A stretch of DNA of 64,000 bases from Haliotis cracherodii (taxonomy: Eukaryota). The notes beneath the pieces are model-generated. The model was not told the DNA's origin and did no database searches. It was given only the letters and a program-made list of their open reading frames with translations. The position numbers were made by a program, and so were the translations under genes. The stretch lies in the NCBI RefSeq assembly GCF_022045235.1, contig NW_027266266.1:38688001-38752000 (forward strand). Reading direction: 5' to 3'. Positions 24,300 through 37,691 of this stretch are shown here, one piece after another. Position 1 is the first letter of the stretch; every line of letters begins with the position of its first letter.

Positions 24300-27200
24300 T
24301 TTAATCAGGCTCAAAACACTCAACTCCAGCAGAGGCATTGTTAGAGACAGAGCCATTTGTCTGGCGGACATTTCAGACGAGGAGATAGTTGATAAACTTA
24401 CAAATCAAAATGTAACTTCTATCAAGCGCTTCACTTTAAATTAACAAGGTGGTAGAATGGAAAAGCGCAGCACGTATTTTATTCATTTTGCTTCGTGTAC
24501 TGTGCCCATATCAATGAAACCTGGCTCTCATTATATCGGAGTGGAGGTGTACGTTCCCACTCCACTCAGAACAACCAGTTCAAACTGTTACCATGCATAC
24601 TCATTCTGACGGTCAATCCACTGTGGCAACATTTTCCTCTCAAACAGTGAGTCACTAACAACCTGGGGTTGATCAACAAGCTGTTGAAGTTGATATACAT
24701 GTTGAATTGTTCGTATTCTCCTCAAAGATCCCCTACAGAACCACCATGAGCCAATCTCCTAATTTACGAATTCAGTGGAAATTCAGACGACTTAGGAACA
24801 ATTTTAATGAAGTACAACTATTAACATAATATCTTAAAGCATCAGCATTTAGTTAACAAGAAACATACCTTGAATAAAAGGATACATTTGAAATGTTCAG
24901 TCCGTTCAATTATTACATTATTTTTCACCTCCAGGTGATAAAGTCACTGGAGGCTCTTCCAATTCGGTTAGGCAGGGCATGATCCACAGCCCTGTTCCTT
25001 TTAAATACGCCCGTCATGTTGTTGCTGTCCGTCTCACTTGACAAATAACATTCCCACTTTGTTCCTTGTATACTTCTCCATTTTCAAATCATCAGGAGTC
25101 TGATCTTCAGGATTTATTTGACACGCACTCTAAACCCTTTATCATCACGGGTGATCTTAATGGACATGACCATCAATTGGGATGTTCCTATACTTATAAT
25201 AAAGGGAAAGTTCTCAAACATTGTATTTCTACAAGCTAAACATTCTTTTTCATCTAGGTATAATCCAAAGTTTCAGAAATATCAAAAACAACAAGAGAGA
25301 GAAAAAGTGAATATTCATTTTGAAAATGGCGAAGATTATAATGAGGTATTATCACTACTTTAACTACATACAGCCTTAGCCCAAGCTCATGATCCTGCAA
25401 CAGGAGCTGATGATATCCATTATCAGTTCTAAAAATGCTTGCCTGAATCATCTAGGGATCGATGCTCATGATATTTATCACTGGATTGTCCGGTCCAGAC
25501 TCGATTATTTACAGACCGCCGTCATATAACTGGAGTATTGCTGAGTGCGGCGTTAAACAACAACCAATCAATCATTCAGGGATATCCAGTGCGGTTTCCG
25601 TAAAAAAGCGAAGTACAATTGATTATCTGATTCGTTTAGGGGGGCACGGGTGGCCCAGTCGTCTTAGGCGCCGCGATTCCCTGTGCAGAGCTGCGTCCCT
25701 ATGATTGTGGGTTCGAATCCCGATTATGTTTCTATGTTTGTCAGCACCATACCCGTGCTCGTGGGTTTCACCGAAGTGTTAAACGTCCCAAATTAAGCTG
25801 ACACGCCGTGATATAACTGGAATACTGTTAAAAACGGCGTTATAGACCCAACTCACTCACTCACTGATTCTTTAGAATAATTCATTAAAATGATATTGTC
25901 AACAAACATCTATCTTTTTCGATTTTATAAAAAGCCTGTGATGCCACTTGGAAGCATTTCAAAAGATTTTCATGATTTTTGGTTGAGAGGATGTGTCTGT
26001 CACATTGTTCAGTATAAAAATATATGGTCTATCAAAAGTATTAAATGCCTCATTATTTGGGGATGATTGTCATATTTCATGTTGTGGTAAACATATGCAA
26101 ATCATTGAAAGACAATGACAGTTGTGTCTTAAAATAATTCTTCAATGGCCACTTAAGAATAGCTTTATGTGTTCAATGACCAAGACCAATTGTATACATT
26201 TCTGTCGAAATATAAACCCCATCAAGACTACTATTTGACGTTTTGGCCACATATAAATATCTAAAGAAAATTGCCTGAAGTCCCTAGAGTGGTTCAAGTC
26301 GTCTCAAATTCAAAGTGGGGAGGGGATCAGACAACCCTCCTTTACATATATAAATCATTAAGCCGCTAATAATGGACTATTGCTCCATCGTGTATGCTGG
26401 ACCTTGCAAGAGTAATTTAAAAATACAAGAGTCAATCCACCATCAAGGACTAAGACTGCCTTGTTGCCTTTCGTAAACAGCCTCTGTATTTAGGCCGATG
26501 AACCCTCATACTAAATTGTCTCTTAAATATGTCACTAATTTACATACCGATCCTTCCAATCCAGCTTATGTCTCGGATTTTCATCCAATCTACCCCCACT
26601 CTTTCAGGGACCACTTGGAATTCTGATCAAGTCCCATATTATAGAGCTCTGCTAATCTAGATCTATATATAATCTCTCCATATCGGCCTTTGTCTAGAAA
26701 TTTCCCCAACACGCTTTATAAAATCTGACATAAATCAATTAGTATTCCAACAGGAATATGTAGAATTAAGAAATGAATACGACACTCATCGTTCAATCTT
26801 TACTGATGTATCCAAGGACGGTGGCAAAGTAGCAAGTGCCACTTTCGTTGGATAAAAATATTATACTATCCAGAGTACCAGACAATAGCTCTTTTTTCAC
26901 TGCTGAGGCCAATGATATACTTACAGCCTTGGTGAACGTTCAACTACAGTCTGCATGTAAACAGTTTATCATCTTTTCTGATTCTCTGTCTTGTCTTCAG
27001 GCACTGTATAATGATCTTTGACTTATCCAATCATTTTAGATATTTTAGAACTTTACAGTCAAATTTCAACCGGCCAATACGGCATCGTCTTTTGTTCGTT
27101 GTCCAGTCATGTGGGAATAAAAGGTAACATTATGGCTGATGATGCAGCAAAAACAGTCCTCAACAAAAAAGTGATTACCACTTCTTATCCCATACAATGA

Positions 27201-28080
27201 TTATAAACATGTGATTAGATGTTACATCCGAGATCTCATGCAAAAGACGTGGGACAACCACGTATGTATACATAAGTTACATGAAACCAAATACCGGTTA
27301 CACCTGGTACGGATGTCAGTCCAGATTTAAACGATGATGTCTTATTGGCCATAGTAGATCAACCCATCAATGCTTAATAAAAGATGAGGATCCTCCATTC
27401 GGTATCCTTTGTGATGAAAGAATCACTTCCAGCAGTGTCGTATTGATTTTTTCCATCAAAAGAGATAAATATTTCATCCATCTTTTAATCAGATAATTGC
27501 TCTCTTAATCACTGTTTCTTTTTATAAAAGTTGATAAATTTTGATGTAGAAAGATATGTATTTGATGAATTGGTGGAATATGATTATTAACTGAGATTGT
27601 TAGTGGGCATGCCCTTGGTGGGGGTTGAAGTAGCGTAAAATAATTTGTATCCCTGTAAGCCCACCTCATTCACAGTACTGTAATGTCTTTCAATGTTTTT
27701 TTATCGAAGAATGTGTCTTTGTCTAATCTCTGGCTAAACCTAGTCCATAATCACCAGTGACTAAAGGGATGGTGTAAATCCTGCTAGAGAAGCATTTAAG
27801 TAGCAGAGGTATGGTAAGTCCCACTGGTCCCACCTAGTGGAGTGGCCTAACTTTGGTTGCTGATGCTCTATTGCCCGTTTGTATATTGTATTGTTATATA
27901 TAGTAATATATCGTCATGGTTTTTATGCTGGGTTTAATATAAATCAGTGATACTCTATTTCTTTTACTGTCCTTTGTTGGTAGGTTTTTAAGTGGTCTGA
28001 ATGCCTTTATTATTCATGCATAAATTGTTCTCGTCATGATATCGCCATGTGGCGTTAAAGTTTAACGCTCTCACACACTT
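24300..28080 (+). mobile_element. Long degenerate Nimb/I-like LINE (ORF1, EN, RT, RNase H, 3'UTR remnants) in the last intron of copy B; contains family C (~25455-25575) and family B (25640-25865) SINE insertions
   Basis: ORF1 VEVYVPTPLR; EN IQW, GDLNGH; RNase H FFTAEA, IFSDSLS, SHVGIKGNIMADDAAK; 3'UTR similar to 38770-39325. Confidence 0.8.
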
Positions 28081-30416
28081 AAACAGGTACACTGGTAAGC
28101 ATGTATTTTACATCGTGAGCAATTTCTCAATGACAGGCATACCAGACTTAACTGTTTATATGCTTCCCCAACAGGCATGACAATTGTGACGGGAGGACAT
28201 CCTGAAGCTCATGCTGCCGCCCAGGAGGACGCCTGGAGAAGACTTCTCCACTTCCTTCAGAAACATATCGCGTAGAAACCTTTGACGTCTGACCTTTGCT
28301 GATCGCACGAGGGAACTAAATGTCGTTCTAATAAAAGTAATAAGATACAATAAAGTGGAGATCAGAAAGAAAGTCACAGGAAAGTACACTGAAAAACTTC
28401 ACAAATTTGCCGAGGGAAAAATCACAGGGGAAATATCACAACTATTTTGAATAGAAGAGTTTAGTGGTAGTTTCATGGTAAAACAAATTAATGCTTTATA
28501 AACCCTTATTTAGAAGCCAGTTTCACAAAAAAACAATTATCAAAGCAAAGTATTCGAGTTGTGAGGCTATTAGCAGCAATAATGTTATGTTGTTTCACGT
28601 CAGATCAACAAATCCACAGGAACATGGTGTTTGTATAGCATATGGTAGGTACTATTCAGTTATCTATTATGAATTATTACTACCAAAATCAGGGAGATTA
28701 TACTCTCCATAATATTAGCTAATTAACAATTTTCTTGAAAATGATATACTGAACAAGAAAAGTTCCTTTAACATTGCCCGCCGTGATATTGCTGGGATAT
28801 TGCTAAAAGCGGCATAAAACCGTACTCACTCACTCCTGTGACATTGAATAAGATTTAATGCAAATTTATGTTTTCTACCAAATCTGAAACAATTTCGGTT
28901 TGCAACAGATAAAAGACTCCTGTAAGTGCTCAAAAGGAAAATGCGTGATTTCATAAATAAAACATGAACATGCCAAAATGTCAATTTACAAATCAATAGC
29001 GTGTGTGTCCACCTCTGGTTGCGATGCAAGCAACACATCTTCGTCTCATGGAATGGACAAGGCGTCGCTCAAAGTCATGAATGTATGGATGGATGTATGG
29101 ATGGATGGATGGATCGATGGAGTGTTAAACAGCATGCTACCCCGTTATCGGTGATTATAAATCCCGGGCATCTAGGGACGTGTCAACACACTACCTCCTC
29201 TTAATAAAGTCAAGAAAGATCAACTGGATATTCTTTTGGCTCCAATGGTGAAAGCATTTTAAGTTCCTCACAAAATACCTGGACATGATTCCTTTACGGG
29301 GAAATTTTTTTTTAGTGTTTGTTTTGATGTTTCAAGTCTATTTCTTGCCCCTTCATCGCGTGAATGATAAACGCACAATGCGTTTTCCTGAAACGTCGGT
29401 ACAAGCAACACAGAAGTTGTTAATCGTAAAAGCTGCATGTTTTTACCTTATATATTTTTTTACAGAAGAGGGTCCTATTCCTAAGTATTCCAGGTAAGCA
29501 GAAGTCCGCCCTTAGTATACCTCCCTCACAAATTCATTGTTAAACCCTATCAATAATCACAAGAAATCCCTGCTGAAAACTAGCTGTTCGGTTCCGACAA
29601 AGCATGTGTTTATGAATCGCTATAAAATGTTGATGTTACCAGGTTTTCGCGAAAAGGAGAGTATATCCTGCCCCACGTTCAGGCTTCCGTCCCAATCACA
29701 TATAGGCAAGCAGAATGATGAACCGAAAAGACACGGGAACTCACGGGACATAAGACATGCATACATCTTCCTGCCGTAGAAGCTTCTACATGAAATGGAT
29801 ATTTATTACATTTTGAACGGACCCTTGTTTAAACCTACACTGAAGAAAATGTGTGTAGATACTAAACACAAACCTACATATGTTCCTAGTCTTCTAATTG
29901 TACCGTGTTTAGAGGCCTTAACATGTTTAGTATTGTGTTTCAGTCTGAACAGAACAGTCACCATATTAAGCAATATCACTTCATAAAAAGCACCCCATGT
30001 ATACATTTGGTGAGCATTGGCAAAAAATGATACAAAAAAATTGTTCGGTTTTAATGATCATTGCTTCTGCTAAGGTACATTGTGCTGTGAAGAGGTGTTT
30101 GTATTCGTATGTTCATGAGGATGTGATGTATGTCCGCTGTACTGAATATATGAGGTAGTAGATAGTTCTTAATGAGCAAATCTCTAAAATGAAAGACAGG
30201 AAATGATTTAGTTTCCAGTGAGCACAGCGTCTCCATTTGTGTTCACATACATAACTCTAACCAGCTCAGAGTGTACATCAGTTCAGGCTAAAACACAACC
30301 TCAGCAAAACGTCACCGATTTCATCGGGCTACAGTGTCATCACGTTCACGAAAACGTTTGCTTAAGGTCGAGCGAAAACCTCATATATAAAATAGGGAAA
30401 CTCAGATTTACATGTA

Positions 30417-30657
30417 TGTTGGTTTGTTTGTTTGTTGTTTAACGCCTCAATCAGCAATATTCCAGCTATGTGACGGCAGTCTGTAAATAATCGAGTCCAG
30501 TGATTAATATCACGAGCATCGATCCGCACAATTGGAATCGATGACATGCGAACCTGACCACACGATCCCGTTAGTCGCCTCTTACGACAAGCATTGTCGC
30601 CTTTTACATCAAGCATGGTTTGCTGAAGACCTATTCTACCCTGGATCTTCACAGGTC
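30417..30657 (-). mobile_element. SINE-like family C (no tRNA head; TGCTTGTCGTAAGAGGCGACTAA core; (AAAC)n tail)
   Basis: Homologous to 58416-58679, 59390-59608, 52753-52876 and 25455-25575. Confidence 0.85.
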
Positions 30658-30708
30658 TACATGAATGTAGCATATATGCTCTATGCAAGTATCTACTCAA
30701 GTGATGGG

Positions 30709-33495
30709 GCCCCGGGGTAGAATCTGTCCTCAGCACCCCATTACTCGCCGTGACTAAATTGGTCAACCCGTTTGCCACGAGTTGTGCCCTTGTGTAGGTA
30801 GAGGAAAGCGTCTGATGGTTGAGTGCATTGGAGCCTGGAATAGTGTTCCTTTGCTCGATACACTATTTCGACCCTGACTTCACCTAGATAGGTGGTATAA
30901 TGCGTTTTTTTATAAGGCTTGCCTCAGTTCGTTTCGAATAGTTTTCCGTTCATAAAGTTGTTTAAATACTTACCTAGAGAATATACCCAGAAGGCTCATG
31001 AGCCAATCTGGTTGATCCTCTGGAATATAACATTCATGTATCCCTTTGATGTCAGTTTGCTGGAATGCCACTTATATGTGGCATCGCTCTTGTTGGCGCT
31101 CCATGGCGGACAGGGACCAGTTTTGCAGAACCACAATAAATGCAATCACTGGTAAGCACACAAATCAAAATTAGTGACCAGGTTATTGTATTCCGAGAGG
31201 GATACTTGGCCTAAGTACCTTGTCGTGGAAACTAGGAAATTATGATGGGCAGCTCTTTTGATGGGCAGAATCAATGTGATGACATCAACTGTGTTGGCGG
31301 TTCTACTCGCAGGACCCTTCAGCGAAGGCATATTCCGGGACCGGGACCGCAGTCTTCCTGAAGCAACCGTTGACGAAATTCTATCAGAACATCGAAGTCA
31401 AGCCAAATGATATAAACATACTTTCGGGACTACAGCCTTACCAAGTTCCATTAAAGTTGGTTGTTTCAACATGCCTGTGGACCACGACATCCCACGACCT
31501 ATGCCACTCTGATGGCAGTAAACGGGCAATGTAGTCTCATCTGCTAACAAAAGAGGACATTATTATGCTTCTGTAGTTAAAACAATTACAACAGATGAAA
31601 CAGTATCAGTTCACTGTCATGAAAGGTGGGACACACGCCAAAGCAAGTTTCTGAAATACAAACTAACCAACATGAAACAAAGTTACAGCTCAAATACCAA
31701 TGCAGGAAGCATCTATATGAAACCACGCTCAAAAGCTACAGCAATAAATACTGTTGAAACTCAAAAAAAAAAAAAATCAAACTGAACGAGTGTCATACAA
31801 GAGGCCACTTGTCGATTCCCTGTTACTCCACCTTAATGAGCAACACAAAACATCTAATTCAGTGGATTTGCAAAGGTTTCTGGAACAATTGTAATGGGTT
31901 ACACTTATTAATGCAATCTCTTCTCCAAGAGACATAAACATACATATACATTTGACCTTAGACAGTACACCTGCTATCTTTCTTTTCTTCCTCCGGCTGA
32001 TAAAGCAACTGGTGGCTCTACTATTTTATTCAGGCAGAACGTCATTCCTATTTGTGTTTATCCAAAGCTTCATTTTGAAGCTGTTGCTATCCGCCGTATA
32101 TCGAACATTGCATTAAAATTTGTGCTCTATATATATTCCACCTTCATTTGCACTTGAGAGTCTGTTCTTCAGAATCTGTGTGATCAGCTCCAAAAGCCCT
32201 GCATCATCATGGGCGATTAAAATGGGCATAACCCTCTGTGGAGAAGTGCAAATGCAAACAATAAGGGGAACGTCATTTAAGCATATATTTCTGATAATAA
32301 TATATGTCTTTTTAATGATGATTCAAGAACCCATTTTCATCCTGCAACTTGAACTTATTCTGCCCATAACCTGTCTGTCGCAGAATGAACCGTTTACAGT
32401 GAATTTGAATTTTCTCTGTATGATGGCCTCTCAGGAAGTGATCACTAACATACTGTCCTAAAAAAAGATGAAACCGGATGATGCACCCATCCTCAGACTG
32501 ATTATGGGAAATTGGCCCTTGTATCGAATATATTGTGCTAAAAAAATAAAAACCAGACAATTTCAGAAAATGCCCGATTCCATCTGGTTGTTTTCGGGTC
32601 AGCTATATAATATTTCTGACCGAACTATTCTCAGTAAGAAAGTGTACAAAGAAAGCAGAAACATATTTCCGCAAACATCTTACAATTCATAACTTAAATA
32701 ATGTTATTAGTGCTCAATCACGACGTGCTTGAAAACAAAATATACTCCACTATTGGAGGAACTATGTCTACGAAAATTGATTCACACACATCCATGTCCA
32801 AGGTATGGAACATGGTTGAAAAAGAGTAAAGGTTAAAATTCGTCTGTACAACATCTGAAAAAGGTGACAAATTAATAAATCATAAATCTAAACTCTTGCA
32901 AGCATTCTTCATCGTCAAATTATGTCCCTGAGTTTCAGAGATATCAGAAACAACAGAAAAAAGAAAACAGTTAATTATGATTCAAATAACGGTAAAGGAA
33001 ATATTTTCATTACATGAGTTACATCCCTCTCTCGAGCAAGCTGATGATTCTGCAGCAGGTGATGATAATAGCTACTGTCAGGTATTGAAAAAGCATTTGC
33101 CTCAATTATGTCTAAGATGAAAAGCGGGTCCACAAAGCAAAAACACAAAAATCTGACCGGGCCCATGAATTATAGTGGTATTTGTAAACCACTAAACTAT
33201 TTAAAAACATTCAATGTGGTTTCCGTGAAAAACGTACCCTTGATCATTCAGTAAAACTAGAATACTTTGTTAAAAATGCTATAGTAAATAAACAACACGT
33301 AGTTTAAATTTTCTTTTAGAAAGCATACAATACTATCTGAAAGTATGGTATTTTCAAGGATTAACATGATTTTGACTCGAAAAGTCGTTTATCTCATGTC
33401 TTGTTACAGTTTTTAACAGAGAGGCAATTTCAAGTTCGAGTGGGTTCAAACATGTCTGATCATTATAAACAGCATGAGGGGGTCCCACAAGGGAG
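30709..33495 (+). mobile_element. Nimb/I-like LINE 5' half (5'UTR, ORF1, EN, start of RT), degenerate
   Basis: 5'UTR similar to 3291-3500; ORF1 DTWPKYLVVE; EN CSIYIPPS and CIIMGD.NGHNPLW; RT FQVRVG..QHEGVPQG. Confidence 0.75.
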
Positions 33496-33539
33496 GTCTA
33501 GTGAAACTTTAAATAAAGGGGTATACAAAAATCATTTAG

Positions 33540-34076
33540 CTCTAAATTAGAATTAGATCTGCAACAACATGAGCTGCGACTTAACTGCATACAGTATTCA
33601 TATTGGTAACTTTGGTAAACTATCCTTAAAAATATTCGATATTGACCAGGATATTCAAAATATTGCTATTGAAAACTGTGAACTGAAAAAACTGGTAAAA
33701 CACATGATGCGCAAAATTGACACTCTAGAAAAGCAAAGCAATAAACTATTCCATAATGTCAAAAACCTCCCGAGAATCATGTAAAAAGATTTGTGACACA
33801 ATGAATGTAAAAAAGAAAGTGTTTCACTAGATTGCTTCCAAAACACAAGTACCATGACCTATTCTTGTGACATTTGCTTATCAAAAACACAAGTCATCTG
33901 TTATGAGTGCAGCAAAGAATCTGAAAGGGCAGAACATCCGAATATATCATGACTTTACTGATGGTGTGAGACAAACACGCTACAAAATAAAACCATTCAT
34001 GGATAAAACCAGAGGTGAGGTGAAATTGGGTTTAACGTCGCGTCCAAGATTATTGCGCTTATATAGCGACGTGCAT

Positions 34077-34112
<36 letters not shown>

Positions 34113-35400
34113 CTGCTTGTACTAGTCCGGACTGATGCCGATTTATAGTGCTAGCTCACTGAGATACCATGCCGCAGTTTAACATGAATACCCCACTCAG
34201 ACACAGTATACTGACTCCGAGCCGACCAGTCCTTGTTTTAGCCCCTTAATGCGGAGCGCCAGACAGGGTAACATTAAGTACGATCTTTTAACGTCTTTTG
34301 GTATGACGCGGACGGGGATCGAACCCCGGACCTTCCGCTCTGCGGGCGGACGCTCTACCACAAGACCACGGAGGCGGCAATAAAACCAGAGAAGACAATG
34401 ACTTTGCAATGTTGAGGTATGACAAACTTCAAATTTATAACGATTTGTATAAAAACCTCCCGATTCTGAGGACGACAACTACCAGTTGACACTTGTGAAA
34501 AAAGCTGCAGCTACCAAACCCCCCAATCAACAAACTGCATTTCCACAGACCTCAATTGAACTGCAACTACCACCCCACCTACAAGATATATCCCAGCGAC
34601 TACATGCATCACAACAACAATCCCCCAAAGAACAATAACATGAAGGTCAAGCTCACAACAATACAACAATCACCCGAATTGCCAACATGTCTTCTATTAA
34701 GGTTGCACATTGTGTGAAAATTATGAAGTATTGGTTGAGATTTATGTAACAAGTAGATAATGTTATTCTTAAACAGACATATCGTGTTTTGTATTTAAGA
34801 GCAGAGTCAGATAAAACATATTGGGCCTCTAATGTTAAATATCTCCTTTATTCATGTTTTCGGTGGGGTTTGGCTGCAAATAGGTGTTTGGAATGGTGTT
34901 GTTTTTATGTCTTTCTTTAAGCAGCGATGTATCGATATTGCAAACCAACGTATTAATGGTAGATTAGAAAATTTCATCTAAATTAGCATTGTACTGTTCA
35001 AAACGAGAACCTTTTAGCTTTGGAGCTTGCATTAAACGTATTGATGAAGCATTACTTAGAAAAATCGCCTATACGATAATGTTTCTCTAGCCATTCTATT
35101 ATGTTAGAAAGTGGAAGAAAATATGATATACCAAGGAATTAACGGTTATGCCCATTTTGTGTAATACCTCAAATAGAAACTGGATACCACTTTTGTTTAG
35201 AATGCCTCTTTTATTCTGACCCCAGACAAAATATACTTCCGTTATATTATTGTGAATTCCCTAGCCAAGAGAAATTCAGACAGTTACTATGTTGTAACAC
35301 CCCTTTACTAAAATATCTTGCAAACTATTCTTAGCTAAAAAAGAGAGAGACAATTATTTCAAGGATATAAAGAGTTCATAGCAATATTTTAAGTTCTGTG
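33540..35400 (+). mobile_element. RTE-X/CR1-like LINE fragments (ORF1 C-terminus and ORF2 C-terminal zinc motif)
   Basis: KNLKGQNIRIYHDFTDGVRQTR (LINE ORF1-type), and SSHSIMLESGR..LCPFC..IETGYHFCLECLFY at the 3' end. Confidence 0.6.
34013..34378 (-). mobile_element. tRNA-derived SINE family D, full length, with internal (CA)n
   Basis: Head GCCGCCTCCGTGGTCTTGTGGTAGAGCG..GGGGTTCGATCCCC; body homologous to 16983-17270. Confidence 0.85.
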
Positions 35401-35499
35401 TGATCTGTACTGCACTTAATATACTTTATATTATTGTTAAATTATTGTGGTTGGAACAGACGCCATTTTAACATCACCAAAATATATCAATAACCAATC

Positions 35500-36000
35500 T
35501 ACACGTACACAAGACATTCAATTTGTTTTAAAATTATCTTTCGTGCCTTCAGACTATTAAAATATGTCATTTAAACATCCACTTTTACTTGAAACTGTAG
35601 AATTAAGTAATGATCTTGCTACTGGCCAACAAGACATCTTATGATGGTTTCCCAGTCATGTCGTAACCAGTGGTAACACAAATATCGACTCAACACATCT
35701 GCGACACCACTTCTAATCCCTTACAATGATTATTAACCCATGATTAGATACTATATCCGTGCATCCGTGATCTTATGCAGAAGAATTGGGACACCCAAGT
35801 AGATATCAATAAGTTATAGGAAATTAAACCAACTATCGGTTACACGTACTTCGGTTCTCAGTCCTGGTGTGAAGAGGTCATTATGCGATGATGTCCACAT
35901 CAGATATTCAGAGGAATATTTCTGGAAAAGTGAGGAGCCTCTGGTTTGTATTCTTTGTGCTGAAAGTATCGCGGTCAAGCTTGACTGTATTGATTAAACT
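35500..36000 (+). mobile_element. Nimb/I-like LINE RNase H/C-terminal fragment
   Basis: Similar to 15550-16020 (TCGTGCCTTCAGACTATT, CCCAGTCATGT, GGGACACCCAAGTAG). Confidence 0.7.
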
Positions 36001-36320
36001 ACTGAAACAGCTCCACAGATTGTAATCTTACCTTAATGTTTTGCATATGCCTTTTGGTTTCTCCTTTTGGTTTTGATTTATCCGTGAGGATAAGTCTGGC
36101 TGGTCCTATTCTAATCCCTATTAGCCGTTGGAATAAGACCGCCCTAACCCACACAGCCAGTGACGCTTATAAACGTCATGCGTCCGTCATATAGCTTGAA
36201 TATTGCTGAGTATGGCCTTCAAAATCAAACAACTAATCAGTTATCTATAGCTGGACAATTTACTGTCCCGGGACAAAACCGTCCACGTGGACCAATTCGT
36301 GGAATAGATCTGTAAATTAC

Positions 36321-36500
36321 CTCCGCGCCATTGACTAAACAGACACCATATGTAACATCGTCAAATCCCTAGTTGTAATAAAGCTGTAACTCATCTCCGC
36401 GCCATTTGTTATACAGACACCATATGTCACAGCCTCAAACTCGTAGGTGGAATAAAACACCACGTCGTCGTGTATTAAATAGACACCGTATGGCACAGCT
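36321..36500. repeat. Degenerate ~74-bp tandem repeat (~2.5 units)
   Basis: CTCCGCGCCATT occurs twice and AGACACC(A/G)TATG three times. Confidence 0.6.
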
Positions 36501-37167
36501 TTGTTCAGTTACGGCTGTATAAAGACCATAATGCTGGAACACAACTGAATGTGAACGAAAGCTATAAACCCTTTATATAATTGTAAGAAATACTTTGCTA
36601 TCAGCAAAGCCCATTGTATTGTTCCGACTATGCCATAAGCACAGGTTTATGAATCACTATCAAATTGTGATGAAACCATGGCTTCGCGACAGGGTGAGCG
36701 TATCCTGCCCTATCCGGTGGCACCCATCACAAACGCCTCCTAAGCCAGGTCAAATGTTCATCTGAAAATACACGGTCACATAATCTTTGTCACTGATGTG
36801 ACAAACTGGGAAATGCGAGCCTGGTTTAGTGACAACACATGTTACACTCGAACTATGGTAATTCAGCAAATCCACTTAACCATTATCATGGTTATTTACA
36901 ACACTGTCTCATCAAAGTGTGTTTTGTTGAATTATGTATCTGTGGCATGGTCTCTGTCGAGATACAGCTTCTAGTTCACCAGTCGCCGCCAAAGATAACG
37001 AACGTATTTGGGGTGAGTTCCGTGTTTATCAAGTAGTTTTTATAGGAACTTTAAAAGTCTCAATTGATGCTGTACAGTTAAATCTGAACTGCGAAGAAGT
37101 AATAAAACCTTGTTTGTACATGTGCGGTGTGGAGGGCACTGGTGATTGTAAATTCAGGAAATAAGAT

Positions 37168-37172
37168 GAGTG

Positions 37173-37203
<31 letters not shown>

Positions 37204-37359
37204 GAGTATGTTTTTACACCGCTGTAAGAAATATTTCAGCAATATCACGGCAGGGGACAACAGAAACGGGCGTCACAAATTGTATCCATATCAAGGACTG
37301 GACCCGGGTCTTCGCCGTGACGAGCGAACGCTTTAACCACAAGCTGACGCGACCGCCCC
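37168..37359 (-). mobile_element. SINE family A copy
   Basis: Reverse complement of the family A head and body, with a (TCAG/TGAG)n tail. Confidence 0.8.
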
Positions 37360-37691
37360 TGGCAATAAGATGAACATATACGTTCAGCGATTATGCGGCA
37401 GAAGTAAATGTTGTAGAATGAGTTAACTAGATCAACCATATTTAATCAGTGCAGTGATATACATGTATCTGCAGCCTGCTTTTGGCTTGTAACAAGTTGT
37501 TTTCTCTGGGCGGTCGGGTAGCCTAGTGGTTAAAGTTACAGGGTTTTTGTAGTTGAAGGTACAGTTTTAGCTGTAATAGCCGAAGAAAGAAGGCATAAAA
37601 GATAGTTTAAATTTGATTTTCATGACTTTCTGTTATACATATGCAGAAGCTTACGAGAGACATCACCAGCAAAGGCCAAATATATTCCTAA

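Larger units (their letters stand above)
19861..28275 (+). pseudogene. ACOT/BAAT-like copy B: exons 19861-20152, 20707-20795, 22745-22826, 23373-23574, 28175-28275; three internal exons missing, direct splice is frameshifted
   Basis: Each retained exon is open and homologous to copies A/C ([52 protein letters not shown]). Only 554 bp separate the phase-1 donor (20152) from the phase-0 acceptor (20707), and that interval has no GIDSMGL, GEGPFPG or GxSKG exon. Confidence 0.8.
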